A stretch of DNA of 64,000 bases, from assembly GCA_965216795.1 (NCBI GenBank), contig OZ244196.1:3231681-3295680 (forward strand), given 5' to 3'. Origin of the DNA: Pseudomonadales bacterium. Lineage in GTDB: Bacteria; Pseudomonadota; Gammaproteobacteria; Pseudomonadales; UBA7434. Below, piece by piece: positions 30,418 to 39,039 of the stretch. The notes beneath the pieces were generated by a model. That model saw only the letters and a program-made list of their open reading frames with translations, did not search any database and had not been told where the DNA came from. Numbering within the stretch: position 1 is the first letter of the stretch; every line of letters begins with the position of its first letter. A program made the translations under genes and the position numbers.

Positions 30418-31434
30418 ATGAATACACCGACAAGACAACGCGTTCTCACAGGCATCACGACCACAGGTACACCGCACCTGGGGAACTACGTCGGTGCGAT
30501 CAAGCCGGCTATTGTCGCCAGCCAGGATACGGCGGTCGACTCATTCCTGTTCCTCGCAGACTACCACGCGATGATCAAAAGCCACGACGCTGACAAAATA
30601 CAGCAGTCGAGCCGCGAGATCGCAGCAACCTGGCTGGCGCTGGGGCTGGATCCTGAGCAGGTCACGTTTTACCGGCAGTCCGATGTGCCCGAGATTCCCG
30701 AGTTATCCTGGATCCTGACCTGCTGGACGGCCAAGGGTCTGATGAACCGGGCTCACGCCTACAAGGCGGCTGTGCAGGCCAATGAAGAGGCGGGCGAGGA
30801 CACCGACTACGCCATTACGATGGGGCTGTTCAGTTATCCGGTGCTGATGGCGGCCGATATCCTGATGTTTAACGGCCAGCGCATTCCAGTGGGTCGCGAC
30901 CAGATCCAGCACGTCGAGATGGCGCGTGATATTGCCCAGCGGTTCAACCACCACTATGGTGAGACCTTCGTATTGCCCGAGGCGCAGGTCGATGACAACG
31001 TCGCGGTTTTGCAGGGCCTCGACGGCCGCAAAATGAGCAAGAGTTACGGAAACACCATCCCGCTGTTTGAGTCGGCCAAGAAATTGAAAAAGTCGATCAA
31101 CAAAATCAAGACCAACCTGCTGGAGCCGGGCGAGCCAAAGGATCCCGATGACTCTACCGTCTTCCAGGTCTGGCAGGCCTTCGCAAGCCCCGAACAAACG
31201 GCCGATATGCGGCAGCAGTTTGCTGATGGCATTGCCTGGGGCGAAGCCAAAAAATGCCTGTTCGAGCTGATTGATGCCGAGTTGGCCGAGCCGCGTGAGC
31301 GCTATGAGGCCTACATGGCAGATCCTGCCCGGATGGAGACCATTCTCGCGCGCGGTGCTGAAAAGGCGCGCGAAGTGTCACGCCCCTTCATGCAACAGAT
31401 TCGCGAGGCCATTGGTATCAGGCCAATGACCTAG
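30418..31434 (+). CDS. trpS: Tryptophan--tRNA ligase
   Basis: HIGH-type [12 protein letters not shown] and KMSKS. 338 aa. Confidence 0.95.
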   Translation: MNTPTRQRVLTGITTTGTPHLGNYVGAIKPAIVASQDTAVDSFLFLADYHAMIKSHDADKIQQSSREIAATWLALGLDPEQVTFYRQSDVPEIPELSWILTCWTAKGLMNRAHAYKAAVQANEEAGEDTDYAITMGLFSYPVLMAADILMFNGQRIPVGRDQIQHVEMARDIAQRFNHHYGETFVLPEAQVDDNVAVLQGLDGRKMSKSYGNTIPLFESAKKLKKSINKIKTNLLEPGEPKDPDDSTVFQVWQAFASPEQTADMRQQFADGIAWGEAKKCLFELIDAELAEPRERYEAYMADPARMETILARGAEKAREVSRPFMQQIREAIGIRPMT

Positions 31435-31838
31435 CGGTTTTTCAGCCGCTTCATGCGCCGGCGCTCGCGGTGATCAAGAAACGTGGCCAGCTGCTGCTCG
31501 TCGAGTACTTCGGCAAGCTGTTGCTCAACGTCCGCATCAATTTCCTGCATACGTTCACGCAGGCCTGATTCCTCTCGGGCCTGGACCCGCTGTTCGTGTT
31601 GTTGCTGCATGATATCGACAAAGGCGTCGGTTTGCGCATCATCCAACTGCAATCGTCGTGCAAGTCGCTCCCAGTTGGGTTTGCGTTTGCCCTCGAACTG
31701 CTGCTGCCCTGAGTCGTTGCCAGTCGCCTGTTGCCCGTCTTCGGCCAGGCTGGCAGTGCTGGCCAGCAGCAGGCTGGCTGCCAGCAGGCCCATTGACAGT
31801 ACTGTTGCCAGGCGGGGTGTGAATTCGTTGGTCGTCAT
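31431..31838 (-). CDS. Periplasmic Spy/CpxP-like protein (tentative)
   Basis: Signal peptide [15 protein letters not shown]. Helical and charged. Two LxxxQ repeats (LDDAQ, LDEQQ) are reminiscent of the LTXXQ motifs of Spy/CpxP. Lies 92 nt downstream of the BaeR-like gene. Confidence 0.45.
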   Translation of the reverse strand: MTTNEFTPRLATVLSMGLLAASLLLASTASLAEDGQQATGNDSGQQQFEGKRKPNWERLARRLQLDDAQTDAFVDIMQQQHEQRVQAREESGLRERMQEIDADVEQQLAEVLDEQQLATFLDHRERRRMKRLKNR

Positions 31839-31930
31839 CGTCTGTCCTCCAGTTTGATGGCATCATTCTGGAGTAGCGCGGTGCAAGCAATGCGCAGCAA
31901 TTGTCAAAGAAATGTGCAAATGCGACGGTC

Positions 31931-32635
31931 TCAAGTTGCAGTGTCAGTGGGATCGTACTTGTAGCCCACGCCATAGACCGACTGGATCAGATTGTTCTCG
32001 GGCAGCAACTGCTGCAGCTGCTGGCGTAGCTTTTTGATATGGCTGTCGATCGTGCGCTCACTCACGACGCGGTGATCGGTGTAGCAGGCGTCGATGAGCT
32101 GGCTACGCGAGAAGATGACGCCGCTATGGGCGGCCAGGTGCTCGAGCAACCGGAACTCGACCGCCGTCAACTGGACCCGGTTGCCGCCGCTGCTGACCTG
32201 GAGTTTGTCGCGGTCAATCTGCAGCGCCGGGTCAGTCGCAGCGGGTCGTGCGGTGATAGCACCATGGCGACGCAGGTTGGCGCGCACCCGGGCAACCAGC
32301 TCGCGCGGTGAGAAGGGTTTGCAGATGTAGTCGTCGGCACCAATTTCCAGACCAAGGATCCGGTCGATCTCATCAGCTCTTGCCGTGACCATCAGCACGG
32401 GTATATCGCTGAACTGGCGCAGCTCGCGGCAGATGTCGATGCCATCGCGATTCGGCAACATGATGTCGAGCAGCACCAGTGCGGGCTGGTGTGCCTTGAT
32501 CCAGGGGATGACCGCGTTGCCATCTGCCAGGTGATGGGTTGCCAGCTCGGCAGAGTGCAGGTACTCGATCACGATATCGGCGAGCCTGGTTTCATCTTCG
32601 ACGACAAGAACCGTCGGTTTGGTGCTGGTGTTCAC
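31931..32635 (-). CDS. OmpR-family response regulator, BaeR-like
   Basis: REC domain (VLVVEDE, LLDIMLP, KPFSPREL) plus a winged helix (LTAVEFRLLEHL, VYGVGYKY). Follows its kinase as in baeS-baeR. Confidence 0.9.
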   Translation of the reverse strand: MNTSTKPTVLVVEDETRLADIVIEYLHSAELATHHLADGNAVIPWIKAHQPALVLLDIMLPNRDGIDICRELRQFSDIPVLMVTARADEIDRILGLEIGADDYICKPFSPRELVARVRANLRRHGAITARPAATDPALQIDRDKLQVSSGGNRVQLTAVEFRLLEHLAAHSGVIFSRSQLIDACYTDHRVVSERTIDSHIKKLRQQLQQLLPENNLIQSVYGVGYKYDPTDTAT

Positions 32636-32645
32636 ATCGGCCTCG

Positions 32646-34088
32646 TCAGTTGTCAGCGTTGCTGATATCGCGGTTTACCGCTTGCTCGATCGGTAGCTCC
32701 ATCACAATCGCGAGGCCGCCAAGCGGGCTGAGCGCTGCGTGAACCCGGCCGTGGTGCTGGTCGACGATGCTCTGCACGATTGCCAGCCCGAGCCCGCTGC
32801 CGCCGCGTTGCCGGTTGCGGCTGCTGTCGACCCGGTAGAGTCGCTGGAACAGCGAGGGCAGCTGGCCGCTATCGACGCCGGGTGCGCTGTCTTCCCAGCG
32901 TAGTTCAACTGTGCCTGCACTGCGCTCGAGGGTGCAGAGAATCTGGCCGGGCGAATCGGTGTAGCGCAGCGAATTTTGTACCAGGTTGCGTATAACGCGG
33001 GTCATTGCGGCAGTGTCTGCCGTGATCAGGGCTGGTTCTTCAGCGACTAGCTCAAAGTTGAGTTGTTGGCGATGCAGCGACGCCGAGAACTGCCGGATTT
33101 GCTGCTCGACCAGTTCGCCAAGATCGAGCGGGCTCAGCTGCAGCGACTGGCCATCGCCGGCGGCCATCGAATCGCCCAGGTCACTAACCAGCTGGGTGAG
33201 CTGTTCCAGTTCAAGCCGGATAGCGCTGAGCCACGCCCGATCGAGCGGGCGGATGCCGTCCTCGGCAGCCTCGACCTGTGCCTGAAGAATCGCAAGCGGC
33301 GTGCGCAGTTCGTGGCTGATGTCGGACACCCAGTGTTGCTGCCGTTGTTCGTAGCTCTCCAGCGTCGCCGCCAGCGCGTTCAATTCGCGAGCCAGCTGGC
33401 CGAACTCGTCGTTGCCCGCAGCGGCAGCGCGGGCGCTGTAGTCGCGGCGCGCAAGTGAGCGAATATGATCGGACAGGCCCGCCACGGGGCGGGTCAGCCA
33501 ACGTGCCAGTGGCCAGCTGAGCAGGATGATAATGAGCGCGCTGGCCAGGGCAATCGCGCTAAAGCGTCGATTCTGGTCGGCGACGAATGCGGCTGCGGCC
33601 AGGTCGGTATTTTCCCGCGCGGGGGCGACGCCGATGTAGCCGACGACGGTTGCATCGACCTGGATCGGTACCAGCGGCCAGTCAGCCTGTACCGCTGCTC
33701 TCCGGAATAGCGGCCGGCGCTCGGTATCGAGCAGGATGAACGGGCCCCTGGGCGGGCGCGTTCGTGGCGGCTTGTCGCGTGGTGGCCGGTGCTTCTTATC
33801 AAGCCCCGGTTCGGCTGAGAGCCCGAGGTTGCCTGGCGACTGGATAGCGCGCTGCAGATCGTCGAAATAGCGCGGGCTGCGAGTAAAGCGTTGCCAGGAG
33901 GGCAGGTTGGGGTGGTTTTCGGCGATGGCTGTCGCCAGCTGTTGGGCAGCCTGGATGCGACCGGCCATCAGGTAGCTGTAGAACCCCTCGGTAAAACTGT
34001 TTCGAACCGAGAGATAGATCGCCGCGCAGAGGGACAGTGCGACCGCGGCGCTGGCAATGGCCAGCTTGCTGCGCAGGCTCAGTCGCAC
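32646..34088 (-). CDS. Sensor histidine kinase, BaeS-like
   Basis: GTG start. Two TM segments flank a periplasmic domain of about 150 aa. HAMP domain, H-box VSDISHELRTPLA, NLVQNSLRY, and GGSGLGLAIV. Confidence 0.9.
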   Translation of the reverse strand: MRLSLRSKLAIASAAVALSLCAAIYLSVRNSFTEGFYSYLMAGRIQAAQQLATAIAENHPNLPSWQRFTRSPRYFDDLQRAIQSPGNLGLSAEPGLDKKHRPPRDKPPRTRPPRGPFILLDTERRPLFRRAAVQADWPLVPIQVDATVVGYIGVAPARENTDLAAAAFVADQNRRFSAIALASALIIILLSWPLARWLTRPVAGLSDHIRSLARRDYSARAAAAGNDEFGQLARELNALAATLESYEQRQQHWVSDISHELRTPLAILQAQVEAAEDGIRPLDRAWLSAIRLELEQLTQLVSDLGDSMAAGDGQSLQLSPLDLGELVEQQIRQFSASLHRQQLNFELVAEEPALITADTAAMTRVIRNLVQNSLRYTDSPGQILCTLERSAGTVELRWEDSAPGVDSGQLPSLFQRLYRVDSSRNRQRGGSGLGLAIVQSIVDQHHGRVHAALSPLGGLAIVMELPIEQAVNRDISNADN

Positions 34089-34096
34089 TGCGCGGT

Positions 34097-35914
34097 TTAC
34101 CAGTAGCCCCGGTGACGGCGCTCACGCTTGCCGCCAATTTTTCTCGCTGTGAACACGTCGTCGTGTAATTCGTAGCCGATGCGCGTATTGCGGCGAATGA
34201 TGTCAGCCAGCGTTGTGCGCTCGACCTGCCGCAGTTCACGATGAGACAGCGTGCGTTGGTACCAGAATCGATCGCCATCGCGCAGGGCTTCAAACTGGAG
34301 CTTCAGGACCATGGTGAACAGCAGGCCGAGATGGGAGTCAGGTAGCGGCGTTTCGGCCAGTCCACCGGCCCACAGGTCGACCTGGTCCACCGTATCGTAA
34401 GCCGCCGCAAGGCGGTACTGGACGTCGGGATCACTGCTGATATCGGCAAAGCTGAGTGCTGCCGGCAGGCCCAGTTCAACCCGCGCCTGGTTGTACGAGG
34501 GCAGGCCATGATCCCGGCCGCGCTGGATGTTGAGGCTGGCCAGGTCAAAACCACCGGCACCGGGTGCCCCGAACAGGAAGTTGCGTACATCATCGATCAC
34601 CTGGTGGTCGATGGCCTGGTGCCGCTGCTGGGCGAGGCCGCGCAGGATGGGTTCGATGCCGCCCTCGTCGCGCAGTCGCCAGGGTGAGAAGAACGCATCG
34701 CGCAAATCCAGGTGTCCGTGGGCGATTTCCCCGCCGCGCCGATTGAGTCGCAACAGCTGCGGGCTCAGCGCGCTGTGTCCAAAGCGAAACGCCGCTGTTG
34801 AAAAACTGTTGCGGATTGTGGCGTTCACATCGGGGCGATAGCCGCTATAGGGCGCAATGGTGGACGGCCCCAGCAGGGCCGGCAAAAACTCGTTGTAGGT
34901 AATCACCTGCATCTGGGCGCCGACGATTTGCCGGGCTTTCTGGTAGATCTGCTCACCGCTCCACTGCGGGTGCTTGCGCCGGTAGAGGCCTGCCAGCCGG
35001 TTGTGCTCGCGAACAAACAGGGTGTGCATGGCCGCGAGCCCGACCTGCTCGTTGGCGCGAACATCCCCGCCCAGGAACAGCGTCTCGGCGTCGCCGCCAG
35101 CATTGGGCAGGCCTTCGCTGTTGTACGGTAGCAGGCGGCCTTTACTGGTCTTGAGTCGGCCCGTACCGTCCATACGGCGCAACGCAGTGGCACGCGTCTG
35201 GTCGGAGCCGTAGACGTTGGAGGCATCGATCCAGGCGGTGATTTCGTTGATCTGCTGGCGAGGCTGTGTGGGATCAGCGTCGTGGTCATGCAAAGAGCGG
35301 TTGAACGCCATCTCGCTGCCGGGCACAAAAAACAGGTCGTCAGCCGGTATCGTGATGTTCGCTGCTTCAGCCGGTTCCACCCCGTCGGTCAGGTCGATGT
35401 CATGATCGAGAAACTGGCCCCATTGCCATAAGTAGTCGCTGTTGCGGTGGCGGTTCGGGGTTTCCTCGAGCTGGGCCACCAGGTAGTTGCTGATGGCGCG
35501 CGGGTTGGGCCGGTCTGCGCCGGCGAGGCTGTCGAGGCCGTTGCCATATTGTGGCAGGAAGAGGCGCAGCAACTCGGTGTGGGCTGCGCCCATATCAGTA
35601 AACACCAGGTTGTTGTCGCTGCCGTCAATGCTGCGCAAGCCCAACTCTGCTGGTGGCTCGTGCTTGCGTCGCCGGACGGCGGGTTCATCGCGCTGGATTT
35701 TACGCGCGGGTGAGACTTCATTGCCCGATTCAAGCTGCACCGAGTCGCTGTTGCCCGCTTTCCTGTCCTGGGCAGTTGCGGGGTGCTGTATCAGTAAGCC
35801 TGCAGATAACACGGCCGCAGCGGTGATAGCGTGTCGCCCGCTTGCGCGCCAGTGCAGGCTTTTACGCCTGCATTGGTGTTGGGAGCGCGTAGTGTCTCTC
35901 AATAAATTCAACAT
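34097..35914 (-). CDS. Secreted haem peroxidase of the peroxidase-cyclooxygenase ('animal haem peroxidase') superfamily
   Basis: WGQFLDHDIDLT, GDVRANEQVGLAAMHTLFVREHNRLA, AFRFGHSAL and LNIQRGRDHGLPSYNQAR. ATG 35914 is preceded by GAGGAT. The N-terminal segment is signal-like (AITAAAVLSAGLLIQHPATAQD). Confidence 0.9.
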   Translation of the reverse strand: MLNLLRDTTRSQHQCRRKSLHWRASGRHAITAAAVLSAGLLIQHPATAQDRKAGNSDSVQLESGNEVSPARKIQRDEPAVRRRKHEPPAELGLRSIDGSDNNLVFTDMGAAHTELLRLFLPQYGNGLDSLAGADRPNPRAISNYLVAQLEETPNRHRNSDYLWQWGQFLDHDIDLTDGVEPAEAANITIPADDLFFVPGSEMAFNRSLHDHDADPTQPRQQINEITAWIDASNVYGSDQTRATALRRMDGTGRLKTSKGRLLPYNSEGLPNAGGDAETLFLGGDVRANEQVGLAAMHTLFVREHNRLAGLYRRKHPQWSGEQIYQKARQIVGAQMQVITYNEFLPALLGPSTIAPYSGYRPDVNATIRNSFSTAAFRFGHSALSPQLLRLNRRGGEIAHGHLDLRDAFFSPWRLRDEGGIEPILRGLAQQRHQAIDHQVIDDVRNFLFGAPGAGGFDLASLNIQRGRDHGLPSYNQARVELGLPAALSFADISSDPDVQYRLAAAYDTVDQVDLWAGGLAETPLPDSHLGLLFTMVLKLQFEALRDGDRFWYQRTLSHRELRQVERTTLADIIRRNTRIGYELHDDVFTARKIGGKRERRHRGYW

Positions 35915-36238
35915 AGCCTGATCCTCTAACTGTATCCCTAGTTTTTGCAAACCGTGCATCCGTCTTTGCGCTTTATTATGCTAGCAAAACAATGTGCAGC
36001 AAAATGACAAAAACAAGCTTGCTGCAGGTCAAAGCAAAAGCCTTGCAATAACAGATACATAGCAATAGTTAGGAAAAGTCTAACGATTGCTGTCAGGCGG
36101 TTCGATCGACTCGGTCACGCACTGGCATGTTTCACATTTGCTGCACGTTTCAAGCCGTCGGCGCGGGTATCCTGTGGTCGACGTCGTAGCCTGGTCACAT
36201 TGCAGTGACTGTTGGCGATTGCCCAGGGAACTAAAAAA

Positions 36239-37564
36239 ATGAAAAGAATACCCATGCTTGTCCGTCTGTCCTGTGTTTTTGCTGTTACTGTCAGTATGGT
36301 TAGCTGGGCTCAGTTGCCGCCAGTGCCAGTGCCTGCAGAGAACCCTGTCACCGAGTCGAAGCGGGTGTTGGGGAAAATCCTGTTCTGGGAAGAGCAGCTC
36401 TCTACTGATAACACGGTGGCCTGCGGCACCTGTCACATACCCGGCGTAGCCGGAGCGGACCCCCGGCCTGGCGCACACCCCGGGCCCGACCTTGTGTTCG
36501 GCGGGCCCGACGATGTCGTGGGCTCACCGGGTGTCGTCCGTCGCGATAGCTCAGGCCTGCGTATCGAAGATTCGACCTTTGGTTATGCCGTGCAGGTGAC
36601 CAATCGTTCAGCGCCCAATTTTTTCGGTGCACTGTGGGCTGCGCAACAGTTCTGGGATGGTCGCGCCGAATCGGTGATGCTGGATCCGCTTGATGGTAGC
36701 GTTGCCATCGCCGCCGGGGGCTCGCTGGAAAACCAGGCACTTGGCCCTCTGCTCAGTTCGGTTGAGATGGCTAAAGATGGCCGCAGCTGGGAGGAGGTCA
36801 CCAGCAAGCTGGCAGCGGCCGAGCCCCTGGTGTTTGCCAGCGATCTGCCAGCTGACATCACGACGGCGCTGTCCGGATCGCCCAGCTACGGTGACCTGTT
36901 CACCAGCGCATTTGGCGATCCCGACATTACGCCGGTCCGCATTGCCTTTGCGATTGCGACTTATGAGCGTACGCTGGTTGCCGACCAGACACCGTTCGAC
37001 CTGGGGACACTGACGCCCCAGCAGGCCCAGGGCCTGACCTTTTTCCAGCCGCCGGCCGCTGGCGCGCCGCCCAACTGCGGATCCTGCCATGCGCCGCCGC
37101 TGTTTACCGACAATACTTTTCGCAATATCGGCGTGCGCCCGCCCGCAGAAGACAGCGGCCGCTTTGCGATTACCGGTGTGGCGGCTGACCTGGGCCGCTT
37201 CAAGGTGCCCACGCTGCGCAACGTCAGCACCAAACCGACGTTTATGCACAATGGCAGCCTGGCGACGATGGCGGAAATTATCGCTTTCTATGGGCCGGGC
37301 GGACAAAACAGTGCGGTCAACCTCGACGCAGCCATGCCCGTTCCGGTGCCGCCTCCTTTGGTGCCCGCCGTCATCGATTTTGTGGAAAACGGTTTGACCG
37401 ACCCGCGTGTGGTCAATGCGACTTTCCCCTTTGATGCACCAACCTTGAGCGCAGCGGGCGCGCTGGTGGAGGAGAACGTACCGCTACCCGTCTGGTCGGT
37501 CCCACTGTTACTGTTGCTGTTGGTTATCACAGCGATAAGGGCGCGCTACCGCGCATCGCAATGA
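36239..37564 (+). CDS. Di-haem cytochrome c peroxidase (CCP/MauG family) with a C-terminal hydrophobic anchor
   Basis: Two CxxCH motifs (ACGTCHIP, NCGSCHAP), plus FKVPTLRNV..PTFMHNGSLATMAEIIAFY. Has a signal peptide. The C-terminal tail is VPLPVWSVPLLLLLLVITAIRARYRASQ. Confidence 0.9.
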   Translation: MKRIPMLVRLSCVFAVTVSMVSWAQLPPVPVPAENPVTESKRVLGKILFWEEQLSTDNTVACGTCHIPGVAGADPRPGAHPGPDLVFGGPDDVVGSPGVVRRDSSGLRIEDSTFGYAVQVTNRSAPNFFGALWAAQQFWDGRAESVMLDPLDGSVAIAAGGSLENQALGPLLSSVEMAKDGRSWEEVTSKLAAAEPLVFASDLPADITTALSGSPSYGDLFTSAFGDPDITPVRIAFAIATYERTLVADQTPFDLGTLTPQQAQGLTFFQPPAAGAPPNCGSCHAPPLFTDNTFRNIGVRPPAEDSGRFAITGVAADLGRFKVPTLRNVSTKPTFMHNGSLATMAEIIAFYGPGGQNSAVNLDAAMPVPVPPPLVPAVIDFVENGLTDPRVVNATFPFDAPTLSAAGALVEENVPLPVWSVPLLLLLLVITAIRARYRASQ

Positions 37565-37671
37565 CGGGCTAATGGGTGATATCGGAGCCGCTTTTGGTGC
37601 AGCGCGCACCGTAACGTGCGCCTGCATTGCAGTAAACCGCGAAAAAACCGCATAAAACCGCGTTTAAAAAC

Positions 37672-37687
37672 TGGCGCGATATTTGTA
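37672..37687 (+). promoter_or_regulatory. Weak sigma54-type promoter candidate upstream of the porin
   Basis: TGGCGC-N5-TTGTA, against the consensus TGGCAC-N5-TTGCA (2 mismatches). Confidence 0.25.
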
Positions 37688-37749
37688 TAGCTTACTGTGC
37701 AGGCCTGCAAGTCAAGATAGCCAGGTCTGCCTGAAAAGTACATTTACCT

Positions 37750-37761
37750 GGCAATGATGCC
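37750..37761 (+). promoter_or_regulatory. Hexaloop mini-hairpin (candidate ANTAR/NasT target) overlapping the terminator 5' arm
   Basis: GGC-AAUGAU-GCC. The loop has A at position 1 and G at position 4. The 3' arm (37759-61) forms the first 3 nt of the terminator stem. Confidence 0.4.
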
Positions 37762-37796
37762 CACTCCCTGCAAGGGGAGTGGGCTTTTTCTTTTTT
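37759..37796 (+). terminator. Rho-independent terminator in the porin leader
   Basis: GCCCACTCCC-TGCAAG-GGGAGTGGGC forms a perfect 10-bp stem. It is followed by TTTTTCTTTTTT, which ends 12 nt before the porin ATG. Confidence 0.8.
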
Positions 37797-37808
37797 GGGG
37801 TTAAAACG

Positions 37809-39017
37809 ATGACGAGATTAGTTTTGAACAGCCTGTGCGCCACGACGGTGCTCTGCTCGGTGTATACGCACGCGGGCATATCGATCGATGAGCTCAGCGA
37901 AGCCGTACAGTCGGGGAAGGTCGCGCTCAACTTTCGCTACCGGCTTGAACATGTCGACCAGGATGGCATCGACAACGAAGCCAACGCATCGACCTTGCGA
38001 TCGCGACTGACCTACACCTCCGGCAAGATCAAGGACCACTGGAGTTTCGGCATAGAAGCTGATTCTGTCGCGGTTATTGGCGATGAGCGCTACAACTCCA
38101 CCGAGAACGGCCTGGCCGAGTTTCCAGTGGTCGCCGACCCCGAGGGTTTTGATCTCAACCAGTCCTTTATCAAGTATGAGAAAGACAGCTTTAGCGTAAC
38201 CACCGGCACCCAGCGTATCTTGCATGGCAACCAGCGCTTTGTCGGTGGGGTGGGCTGGCGCCAGAATGAGCAGACTTACGATGCGGTGCGCGTGACGTTC
38301 AAACCGGCCGACAACGTGTCGATTGATTACAGCTATGTCTGGAACGTCCACCGTATCTTCGGGCCAGAAGCCGGCGCACAGCCTTCGGACTGGGACAGTG
38401 ATTCGCACTTCCTCGTGGCGACCATAACCCCCGCCAAGGGCCATAAAGTCGAGGGTTTTGCCTATTTGCTCGACTTTGACAACGACAATGGCATACCGAA
38501 TTCTACCGCCACCTATGGCATCAACTACGCGGGCGAGTTTGGCCCGGTCAAGCTCAACGCGACCTATGCATCGCAGTCGGAAGACGGCGATTCGCCGCTG
38601 GATTATGACGCGGATTATATGGCCGCTGAAATCAGCACCAAGATTGAAAAGGTGACGCTGAAAGCCGGTATCGAGACGCTGGGAAGCGATGACGGCGATG
38701 CCGCCTTCCGCACACCGCTGGCGACCCTGCACAAATTCCAGGGCTGGGCCGACAAGTTCCTGCTCACGCCGGCCGATGGTATCGAAGATACCTACGTCGC
38801 CGTCGCAGCGCCGCTGGGGCCCGTCAAAGTCTCGCTCATCTACCATGACTACCAGGCCGATGATGGCGATCGTGATTTCGGGGATGAAATCAACTTCGTG
38901 GCGAACTACGCACTGAACAAGCGGGTCAAGTTCCAGCTCAAGGCGGCGGACTTTAGCGCGGAAGACCTGGCTACCGATACCAGTAAGTACTGGCTGAGCA
39001 CTATCATCAGTTTGTAG
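37809..39017 (+). CDS. Outer-membrane beta-barrel porin, alginate-export (AlgE-like) family
   Basis: Signal peptide. ALNFRYRLEHVDQDG..ASTLRSRLTY and alternating amphipathic strands throughout. 402 aa from ATG 37809. Confidence 0.75.
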   Translation: MTRLVLNSLCATTVLCSVYTHAGISIDELSEAVQSGKVALNFRYRLEHVDQDGIDNEANASTLRSRLTYTSGKIKDHWSFGIEADSVAVIGDERYNSTENGLAEFPVVADPEGFDLNQSFIKYEKDSFSVTTGTQRILHGNQRFVGGVGWRQNEQTYDAVRVTFKPADNVSIDYSYVWNVHRIFGPEAGAQPSDWDSDSHFLVATITPAKGHKVEGFAYLLDFDNDNGIPNSTATYGINYAGEFGPVKLNATYASQSEDGDSPLDYDADYMAAEISTKIEKVTLKAGIETLGSDDGDAAFRTPLATLHKFQGWADKFLLTPADGIEDTYVAVAAPLGPVKVSLIYHDYQADDGDRDFGDEINFVANYALNKRVKFQLKAADFSAEDLATDTSKYWLSTIISL

Positions 39018-39039
39018 CATAGTGCCGCGCCAGAAAAGC

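Noticed and set aside
35983-36067. Five AGCAA(A/T)A repeats in the peroxidase/CCP intergenic region as a possible iteron-like array.
   Set aside because: The spacing is irregular (15, 35, 11 and 17 nt), the motif is short, and the region is AT-rich. Chance occurrence cannot be excluded, so it is mentioned only as a weak regulator-site possibility.
37590-37625. GGTGCAGCGCGCACC and GCACCGTAACGTGC palindromes upstream of the porin, considered as NtrC sites.
   Set aside because: The half-site orientation and spacing do not fit TGCACC-N5-GGTGCA (inside-out, or 6-nt instead of 7-nt separation between GCAC and GTGC). They were left unannotated.
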